Source: Candidatus Latescibacterota bacterium
Lineage (GTDB): Bacteria; Latescibacterota; UBA2968
Assembly (NCBI GenBank): GCA_965222605.1
Contig: OZ244960.1
Location: 2,624,001 to 2,688,000, forward strand
Reading direction: 5' to 3'
DNA length: 64,000 nucleotides
The notes under the pieces are model-generated. The model worked only from the letters and a program-made list of their open reading frames with translations. It was not told the origin of the DNA and ran no database searches. Both the position numbers and the translations under genes were made by a program. The number at the start of each line of letters is the position of its first letter. Positions within the stretch are counted from its first letter, which is position 1. Shown piece by piece: positions 56,631-64,000 of this stretch.

Positions 56631-58040
56631 ATGAAATTCTACAACCGAGAAACAGAACTGGCACTTCTTCGAGACCTCACCGAAAGATCTGCACAATATT
56701 CTCAATTCACCGCAATCTTTGGGCGACGTCGCGTGGGAAAAACAGAACTCGTGCGCCAGCATCTCCAGAACCGCGGCATCTATTTCTTTGTCGAAAAACG
56801 CCCCTCAAATGCCCTCCTCGCCGAATTCTCCGCCACCCTCAAATCGCACATTGCCCACGCGCCCGCATTTACAGATTGGAAAGACTTTTTCGTTTTCCTC
56901 TTTGCCGAAACCCAGCACCAGCACCTGATCGTCGTCTTCGATGAATTTCAAAACTTTCTCACCATCGATCCCGCCATCTATTCCATCCTCCAGGGCGTAT
57001 GGGACACATGGCACAAACAATCCAAAATCCATCTCATCGCCATAGGTTCTGTCGTCGGCCTGATGAAAAAAGTCTTCCAGGACGCCAAAGAACCCCTCTA
57101 CGGTCGCCTAACCCGGGAAATTGACCTCAGCCCTTTACCCATCAACGCCATCTATCAAATCGCTACAGAACTCGGCTTTCAATCGCCCACAGACATCCTG
57201 ACCCTTTACGGCATCTTTGGCGGCATGCCCCGGTATTACGAAATTATGGAAAGCATGGGCCTGGGCGGCAGCACCATCCCCCACATTCTCCATCAAGCCC
57301 TGTTCACTCCTTTTGCCCCCTTTCGCAATGAAATGCGCGACATCATCCTCTCTGAATTTGGAAACACGGCCCACACCTATTTGGCAATCCTCGAAGCCAT
57401 CGCCACTGGCAAAACCCGCCGATCTGAAATCGCAGGTCCCGCCGGACTGCCAGCCACGAGCCTGTCCAAATACCTGCGCGAATTATCCGACCTATTTGAC
57501 CTCATCGAACGCGAAGTACCCATCACCGAGCGATCCTGGAAAACAAAAAAGAGTCGCTATAAAATCCGCGACCCTTTTATCACATTCTGGATGCGATTCA
57601 TCTACCGGCAATTGAGCATCTACGAATCGGGCAATTTCCCCTATTTTCTCAATCGCCTCAATACCTGCGTTTCGGAATTCATGGGCTTTGCCTTTGAAAA
57701 TATCACGCGAGAACTCTTGATCAAACTCAACCACCACAACGCCGCGCCCTTCTACTTTCACCGAATTGGACGCTGGTGGGACAGACAAAGCGAAATAGAC
57801 CTCGTCGCCCTCAACCCGGAAACTCGGCAAACCCTCTTTGTCGAATGCAAATGGACATCCACCCCCGTTGGCACAGACGTTCTACAAACCCTGAAACACC
57901 GCGCACAAAACCTCCCAACCTCGGACGCTTTCTATCTCATCACCTCCAAATCCGGATTTACCGACACCCTCAAAAATTTCCGCGACCCACACCTCTACCT
58001 CTGGGACCCAAACGACATCGCGACATTTTTATATAAATAA
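56631..58040 (+). CDS. Archaeal-type ATPase (ATPase_2) with wHTH and C-terminal DUF234 PD-(D/E)XK domain
   Basis: FYNRE.EL, GRRRVGKT, VFDEFQ, GGMP.Y, GRWW...EIDLVA...ECKW. Confidence 0.88.
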   Translation: MKFYNRETELALLRDLTERSAQYSQFTAIFGRRRVGKTELVRQHLQNRGIYFFVEKRPSNALLAEFSATLKSHIAHAPAFTDWKDFFVFLFAETQHQHLIVVFDEFQNFLTIDPAIYSILQGVWDTWHKQSKIHLIAIGSVVGLMKKVFQDAKEPLYGRLTREIDLSPLPINAIYQIATELGFQSPTDILTLYGIFGGMPRYYEIMESMGLGGSTIPHILHQALFTPFAPFRNEMRDIILSEFGNTAHTYLAILEAIATGKTRRSEIAGPAGLPATSLSKYLRELSDLFDLIEREVPITERSWKTKKSRYKIRDPFITFWMRFIYRQLSIYESGNFPYFLNRLNTCVSEFMGFAFENITRELLIKLNHHNAAPFYFHRIGRWWDRQSEIDLVALNPETRQTLFVECKWTSTPVGTDVLQTLKHRAQNLPTSDAFYLITSKSGFTDTLKNFRDPHLYLWDPNDIATFLYK

Positions 58041-58052
58041 AATGTTGATAAC

Positions 58053-58081
58053 TTGACCTTTCCCCATCAAAACCCTATGTT
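58053..58081 (+). promoter_or_regulatory. Possible sigma70 promoter
   Basis: TTGACC-17 bp-TATGTT. Confidence 0.5.
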
Positions 58082-58131
58082 TTTTTCTGCAAAAAAACAA
58101 ATCGGTCAAATCACAGACTGAAAGCTCATAC

Positions 58132-59184
58132 ATGAAAACCCTCCTCGTTACCGGTTCATCGGGCCTCATCGGCTCAGAAGTCTGCATCTATTTTGCCGAA
58201 CAGGGATATATTGTCCACGGCATTGACAACAACCAACGCGCCGTCTTTTTTGGTCCCCAGGGAGACACGCGCTGGAATCAAAAACGCCTCAACAGCGTCA
58301 CAAAACACTTCCACCACCACGAAATAGACATCCGCGACCGCACGGGCATCTGCGAACTCCTATCTCAAATTAGACCCAACGCCATCATACACGCAGCTGC
58401 CCAGCCCTCACACGACCTCGCCGCACGCATCCCCTTCGACGACTTTGACACCAACGCCGTCGGCACACTCAACCTCCTCGAAGCCGCACGTCAAACCTGC
58501 CCCGAATCCCCCTTTATCCACATGTCCACCAACAAAGTCTATGGCGATGCCCCCAACCATATAGCCTTAAAAGAATTGGACACCCGCTGGGATTACGACG
58601 ATCCCGCTTACAAACACGGCATCCCCGAAACATTTACCATTGACCAATCCGTGCACTCGCTCTTTGGCGCATCCAAAGTCGCCGCCGATATTATGGTACA
58701 GGAATACGGGCGTTATTTTTCCATGCCCACCTGCTGCTTGCGCGGCGGATGCCTCACCGGTCCCAATCACAGCGGCGTTGAACTCCACGGTTTCTTGAGC
58801 TATCTGGTCAAATGCAACATGGAAGGCCACACGTACACGATCTTTGGATACAAAGGCAAACAGGTACGCGACAATATTCACGCCCTCGACGTCGCCCGTT
58901 TCATGTGGGCCTTTGTCCAATCGCCCCGATGCGGCGAAGTCTATAACTTAGGCGGCGGAAAAAACAACAGTTGTTCCATTCTCGAAGCATTTGATCTCGT
59001 CGCCCGGTATTCTAACAAAAAAATGCAATACACCTATTCCGACCAAAATCGCGAAGGCGATCATATATGCTATTACAGCGACCTCCGCAAAATGAAATCG
59101 CACTATCCCAACTGGGACATTACAAAAACCCTCGAAGACACCTTTGCCGAAATTGTCGCAAGCTGGCAGAAGCGGCTCATATAA
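58132..59184 (+). CDS. NAD-dependent epimerase/dehydratase (CDP-paratose 2-epimerase-like)
   Basis: [36 protein letters not shown]. Confidence 0.9.
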   Translation: MKTLLVTGSSGLIGSEVCIYFAEQGYIVHGIDNNQRAVFFGPQGDTRWNQKRLNSVTKHFHHHEIDIRDRTGICELLSQIRPNAIIHAAAQPSHDLAARIPFDDFDTNAVGTLNLLEAARQTCPESPFIHMSTNKVYGDAPNHIALKELDTRWDYDDPAYKHGIPETFTIDQSVHSLFGASKVAADIMVQEYGRYFSMPTCCLRGGCLTGPNHSGVELHGFLSYLVKCNMEGHTYTIFGYKGKQVRDNIHALDVARFMWAFVQSPRCGEVYNLGGGKNNSCSILEAFDLVARYSNKKMQYTYSDQNREGDHICYYSDLRKMKSHYPNWDITKTLEDTFAEIVASWQKRLI

Positions 59185-59199
59185 TCGGAGAACCTTATT

Positions 59200-60159
59200 A
59201 TGAAAATCCAGGTCTATGCCTGTCACGAAGGCGTACAGGAAAGTCTATTGCGCGAATGGGTCGCACGCGGACATGAAATCTACCTCACCGAAGGCGTTGG
59301 AAAATGGGATGAAAAACGCGCACCAGTAGCTCAGGGCGTCAAACGCGAATGGCCGAGCAATCCCGATGTCCTATGGGTTGGCTCAACACAGGACGTGGGG
59401 CATGCCTTTTTGTACAAATGGAAAAAACTCCGTCCCCACATTCCCATAGTACTCACCCACTGGTGGATTCCATCAATCAGGCGCTTTGCGGGAACCGTGT
59501 ACAAATTCGCCCATCAAATCAGCGTATGCGAATGGGGCCGCGAATATCTCCTGAAACGCTGGAACATAGACTCCGCAGTCATGTACTGCCCGGTAGATCC
59601 GGATATCTTCACCTTAAGAGAAGAAGACCCCGACCCCAAGCGCGTCTTATGCGTGGGCAATCACTTTGCCTCGCGCGACATCATGGGCTGGGAATACCTG
59701 GAACCCATCATACACAAAGTCTATGAACAAGACCCCGAAGTACACTTCGAATTCCTGGGCGTCAATCCCGAAATCGACCCCAAAAACTATCCCAATGTCT
59801 CCACACGCGCCCTCCCCCAAAACGAAATGCCCGACTACCAGGCCAGAGCGCGGTGCGTTGTGATCACCACCACCTTCAACCTCATCCCGCACTCGCTATT
59901 GGGCGCAATGGCACTGGGACGCAACATCGTCGCATTTGATCTCCCATCGCTACACGAAGTCATCGAACACGGAAAAAGTGGATATCTCATCCCGCGTTAC
60001 GATACCGACGCCTTTGCCAAACAAATCCTCCAACTCACCAGCACACCCGTCAACCCGGAAATAGGGCGCAAAGCACGCGAAAACGTATTGGCCAAATGCG
60101 ACCACCGGCTCGTAGCATCGCAGTATGAAGCATTTTTTAAAGCATGTTTGAAAAAATAA
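59200..60159 (+). CDS. GT4-like glycosyltransferase
   Basis: GT-B C-terminal AMALG..IVAFD...EVIEHG.SGYL. Confidence 0.75.
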   Translation: MKIQVYACHEGVQESLLREWVARGHEIYLTEGVGKWDEKRAPVAQGVKREWPSNPDVLWVGSTQDVGHAFLYKWKKLRPHIPIVLTHWWIPSIRRFAGTVYKFAHQISVCEWGREYLLKRWNIDSAVMYCPVDPDIFTLREEDPDPKRVLCVGNHFASRDIMGWEYLEPIIHKVYEQDPEVHFEFLGVNPEIDPKNYPNVSTRALPQNEMPDYQARARCVVITTTFNLIPHSLLGAMALGRNIVAFDLPSLHEVIEHGKSGYLIPRYDTDAFAKQILQLTSTPVNPEIGRKARENVLAKCDHRLVASQYEAFFKACLKK

Positions 60160-60189
60160 GCTGTTACAATAGTGGATAGGAAATTTTTA

Positions 60190-61929
60190 ATGAGTGACAG
60201 AATACCAACTCGTTATCTGTTAGTCTATATTCTGTGTATAACTTGCCTTTGTGGTGTCGGTTTCGCAGGGCTACGCAATCACCCCTGGTCTTATGATGAT
60301 CTCGATCATATTAAAAAAGCACAGAGCGCACAGGAGAACATAACTTCTATTTTTTCACCTGAAAAGACGGCATTACGGCTGCGGTTTGTTTTATCCTCCT
60401 ATTTTTATGCAGCTTACAAGGTCTTTGGTGAAGATCCAAGAGGATATCATATTCTCAATATCTTATTTCATGTTCTCAACAGCCTGCTGTGTGCCCAGCT
60501 CTTACTTACGCTTTTTTCTTGCCCTAAGCTCGCAGCCCTGGGTGGATTTTTATTTGCGATCAATACAACGCACTATGAAGCAATCTACTGGGTGGCAGCC
60601 AGTGCCGTACTTTTGGGAACTGGCTTTGCCATGACATCTGTTCTCTTTTTTGCAAAATATCTGGCATCCAATCGCAAAGTCCATCTCACTTTCGCTTCTT
60701 TTGCCTATGCAGCGACAATTTTTAGTTACGAATCATTAGGAGTTGTTTTTGCGATTATTCTTCTTTTGTGGTTGCAACACAAATCAAAGCCGCGTTTTAA
60801 GGATTTCACGGCTCTATTACCGTTTCTTGTTGTTGCTGCCATGCTCTTTTTAATTAATGATATCTATTACCAGAATCTTCCATCAAATCAAGAAAACTAT
60901 CGTCTGGGCTTACATATACCCTACAACTTCGCTTTTTTTATAGGTCGGCTTTTTTTGAATTGGAGCTTTGCACCATTTGGCTGGGAGGCCGGTGCTCCTT
61001 TTGATATCCCGAAAGCCTATTTCGATTGGTATGTAGCAGCGGGATTGATAATCCTGACTGGATTGGGATATGCTGCCTATCAGTCCAAAACTGTTTGTTT
61101 TGCCTCTGCATGGATTCTTGTGACAATTTTGCCTTATACATTATGGGATAATTACTCCTTCTTCCCCCGATATTGGTATTCTCCCGCGATAGGTGGGTCA
61201 GCAATTTTTGCCGTCTTTTTGCTTTGGTTCTATTCTATTCTTCCCTTAAGTTCACGCTTAAAATTCGCCTGTTTTTCGCTGATCATTACATGTTTTACAA
61301 TTTTCAGTTTGCGAAAAATGGAAATTTACGAAGGGTACTACCTATGGCATGATGCGAATTTTTATGATAATCATAAAAATGATCCTGAAACAGCGATCAC
61401 ATATTATGAGCGTGTTCTATCAGAATACGAGCTAAAATTTTCTCTTTTGACAAATAACTTAGGGGTAGCCTATCAACGAGTAGGCGACCTTGACAAAGCT
61501 CTTCAAATGCATCATGAGACAATACAGATAGATCCAAGCTATGATAAAGGCATCTTAAATTATGCCTATGTCCTATCCTTACAGAACCGAATTTCGGAGT
61601 CGGTTCGGGCATATTCATCTGTGGTCAAAAGAGATCCGGTCTATGTTCCTTATATATGGAAAAGCGGTATCGCACTTTATGAACGCGGCGATATTGACGC
61701 AGCTATTCAGTTTTTTCGCTTGGCTGTAAAAACAGATCCAAAAGATGAACAAAATTATTTTATTTTGGGCGTCCTTTTCCAAACGGAAGGAAAAATTGAG
61801 GACGCGATATCGGCATACAAACAAGCCCTGTCTATCAATCCAGAACATGCAAATGCCAAGACCATATTAGAAGAACTTTTGGCAAATCCTGAAATGAGCG
61901 CACCCAAATTGGCGTTTCAGCCCCAGTAG
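60190..61929 (+). CDS. TMTC-like GT-C membrane protein with C-terminal TPRs
   Basis: DD motif (YDDL), YH..N..FH..N, H.EAI.W, RYWY, TPRs; AT-rich. Confidence 0.8.
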   Translation: MSDRIPTRYLLVYILCITCLCGVGFAGLRNHPWSYDDLDHIKKAQSAQENITSIFSPEKTALRLRFVLSSYFYAAYKVFGEDPRGYHILNILFHVLNSLLCAQLLLTLFSCPKLAALGGFLFAINTTHYEAIYWVAASAVLLGTGFAMTSVLFFAKYLASNRKVHLTFASFAYAATIFSYESLGVVFAIILLLWLQHKSKPRFKDFTALLPFLVVAAMLFLINDIYYQNLPSNQENYRLGLHIPYNFAFFIGRLFLNWSFAPFGWEAGAPFDIPKAYFDWYVAAGLIILTGLGYAAYQSKTVCFASAWILVTILPYTLWDNYSFFPRYWYSPAIGGSAIFAVFLLWFYSILPLSSRLKFACFSLIITCFTIFSLRKMEIYEGYYLWHDANFYDNHKNDPETAITYYERVLSEYELKFSLLTNNLGVAYQRVGDLDKALQMHHETIQIDPSYDKGILNYAYVLSLQNRISESVRAYSSVVKRDPVYVPYIWKSGIALYERGDIDAAIQFFRLAVKTDPKDEQNYFILGVLFQTEGKIEDAISAYKQALSINPEHANAKTILEELLANPEMSAPKLAFQPQ

Positions 61930-62057
61930 TTCGGACACTTTTGGCAAGTCCTATTGTCCGCTATAGGAATCCCACAAAATGACCAAACCCCATGCCGCGA
62001 TGACGGCTAAAACCCGTGGATTAAGTTAAGAGACCACTAAATAAAATTATCTATATC

Positions 62058-63581
62058 ATGAAAAAAAAACGCCAACAAAAGGCGACCTCTCCGTCCTTTA
62101 ACCTCGCGCAGCACGAACGCAAACCCTATTTTTTGCCTGCGCTCGGTCTGTGCGGATTGCTCATGGGCATTCTTCTTTTCGACGCCAACCTCTCCCTCAC
62201 CGGCGACAATGCCCAATTCATCAACCTGGGGCGATCTCTTGCCGATGGACACGGACTCTCGGAAACCATTGAAGGCGAACCCATCCCACACACCAAATAC
62301 CCCTTCGGATTTCCGCTCCTCCTCGCCATTACCGACATCATCTTCCCCGGCAACCTCATCGCACTCAAAAGTCTTATCGTCCTCCTCTACGCCATCTCAA
62401 TCCCACTCACCTATCTCCTCATCCGCCGCTTTGCCGCTTCGACCATGGCACTCGGCGTAAGCGCGCTATGTCTTGCTTCCCCCCTCCTGTTGGACTATTC
62501 GCACCAGGTCATGTCCGAAATCCCCTTCCTGCTATTTTCTCTCCTTGCTCTCCTCCTCCTTCACCGCGCACAAAAGACCAACACCCTATCCACGCTCGCA
62601 CTCGCAATCATCGCCATGATCGCCGCCTACTACATTCGCAGCGCAGGCATCATCCTCATCGCTACCGGCATAATTTTCTTTGCCCTGCACAAAAAATGGA
62701 AAGAAACCGGCCTCATCGCCGTCGGCAGCCTCCTCCTTGCCCTCCCCTATCAAATCCGCAACGCATCACTCGGTGGAAACGACTACATCAATCAACTCCT
62801 CAGCATAAACCCCTACCGTCCAGAAGAAGGCGCACTCACATTCACCACCCTGATCGAACGCATCCTCGCAAATCTCGAAATCTACGGCCTGCAAATCATC
62901 CCCTACATCTTTCTACCCAGTTTTATCGACGCCAACTATTTTGTCGGCATCGTCTTCTCCGTCCTGATCCTCTACGCCCTGATCGCCGGACTCATAAAAC
63001 GGCATTTGCTCATCGTGTACCTCACCTGCTATCTGGGCCTCTACATCCTCTGGCCCCATGTCTGGTCCGACACGCGCTTTCTCATCCCGGCCATACCCAT
63101 CCTCTTCTACGCCATCCTCACCAGCATGGACGAACTCCTCCAACTCCTCGCCAGAGCACTCAAAAAAAAGGCCCGCCGCACGGGCACCGTATTCTTCTTT
63201 CTCTTTCTCCTCGGCTCAAACATCTTTGCAACCAACGACCTCGCCGAACGCATTGGACAGTTGTCACCCAACTGGGACAATTACTTTGCCGCTGCAGAAT
63301 GGATCAGAGACAACACCGAATCCGATGTCAAAATCGCCTGCCGCAAGCCGTATCTCATGAACGCGGTTGCCAACCGCAAAGCCACGGGCTACTCATGGAA
63401 AGCTCCGGATCAGGTCATTGCCGACTTTGAACAAAAGGGAATCCGCATCGTCGTCATTGACCAGATCGGATTCCGCTCCACACCCGAATTTCTCGTCCCC
63501 GCCATCCAGGCACATGAAAATCGATTTAAAATCCTCCACATCGTACGCGATCCCAACACCTACGTCTTAACATTCAAATGA
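62058..63581 (+). CDS. ArnT/PMT-like GT-C membrane glycosyltransferase
   Basis: GDNA.F, KYPFGFP.LL, MSEIPF, RFLIP. Confidence 0.78.
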   Translation: MKKKRQQKATSPSFNLAQHERKPYFLPALGLCGLLMGILLFDANLSLTGDNAQFINLGRSLADGHGLSETIEGEPIPHTKYPFGFPLLLAITDIIFPGNLIALKSLIVLLYAISIPLTYLLIRRFAASTMALGVSALCLASPLLLDYSHQVMSEIPFLLFSLLALLLLHRAQKTNTLSTLALAIIAMIAAYYIRSAGIILIATGIIFFALHKKWKETGLIAVGSLLLALPYQIRNASLGGNDYINQLLSINPYRPEEGALTFTTLIERILANLEIYGLQIIPYIFLPSFIDANYFVGIVFSVLILYALIAGLIKRHLLIVYLTCYLGLYILWPHVWSDTRFLIPAIPILFYAILTSMDELLQLLARALKKKARRTGTVFFFLFLLGSNIFATNDLAERIGQLSPNWDNYFAAAEWIRDNTESDVKIACRKPYLMNAVANRKATGYSWKAPDQVIADFEQKGIRIVVIDQIGFRSTPEFLVPAIQAHENRFKILHIVRDPNTYVLTFK

Positions 63582-64000
63582 CCACCCGAGAAAAAATACT
63601 CATCTTCCGCCCCGATCACATCGGCGACCTGCTGCTCACCACGCCAGCACTCTACGCCCTTCGCCAGGCAAAACCAGACGCCCACATCAGCGCCCTCGTC
63701 AGTTCCTGGTCATCTCCTATTCTAACGGGAAACCCGGACATCGACGACATATTGATCTGCAATCTCCCCTGGCTCGACCGCAGCGCAAATCCCTCGTGGT
63801 GGTCGCTCCTGCCAATCATTCGCCAGATCAGATCACAGCAATTTGACCGCATTCTCAACTTTCGCATCGCCGCAAAAGCCGCCGCATTCTCTCGCCTGCT
63901 CGGCGCAAAAGAACGCTGGGGATTTGACGTCTTAAAATCGCGCTGGGCCTGGACACATGCCGTCCCTTATAATCCCAATCAACATGTCGTAGATAACTAC
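63578..64000 (+). CDS. GT9 heptosyltransferase family protein (partial, runs off right edge)
   Basis: MTTREKILIFRPDHIGDLLLTTPAL..LR...P.A.I, NPDID; ATGA overlap with previous gene. Confidence 0.85.
   Translation, partial: MTTREKILIFRPDHIGDLLLTTPALYALRQAKPDAHISALVSSWSSPILTGNPDIDDILICNLPWLDRSANPSWWSLLPIIRQIRSQQFDRILNFRIAAKAAAFSRLLGAKERWGFDVLKSRWAWTHAVPYNPNQHVVDNY

Overview
Bacterial chromosomal window. FlgD-Ig/T9SS-type C-terminal sorting domains and EF-hand/dockerin-like modules point to an FCB-group lineage such as Latescibacterota or Gemmatimonadota (inference). The left part (1-23 kb, mostly minus strand) holds a PIN/UPF0175 toxin-antitoxin pair, a Gfo/Idh/MocA oxidoreductase and an operon of three very large acidic secreted proteins with cohesin-like, dockerin-like and FlgD-Ig/T9SS modules. 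That operon is driven by a perfect sigma70 promoter through a ~440-nt leader. Next come a DUF151 nuclease, FGE and the ispE-rplY-pth-hppA-rpsF-rpsR-rplI' block. The right part (23-64 kb, mostly plus strand) holds a long TPR protein, a sigma54-type regulator, htrA, an M24 peptidase, xerD, a RelE/XRE TA cassette, uvrC, hicBA, an interrupted his operon, ADP-heptose genes and a large surface-glycosylation cluster containing a PtuAB/Septu-like cassette. The most striking non-gene structure is a dense, modular population of short repeats: several GTAG-type REP palindrome families, a CGTC-type palindrome, and CAGGAT and CAGATGAACA arrays. These repeats are strongly strand-biased, nest inside each other and border foreign cassettes. 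They supply stop or start codons to housekeeping genes, truncate rplI, and form a ~125-codon in-frame mosaic inside the TPR gene. No CRISPR array, tRNA, rRNA, transposase or reverse transcriptase was seen.
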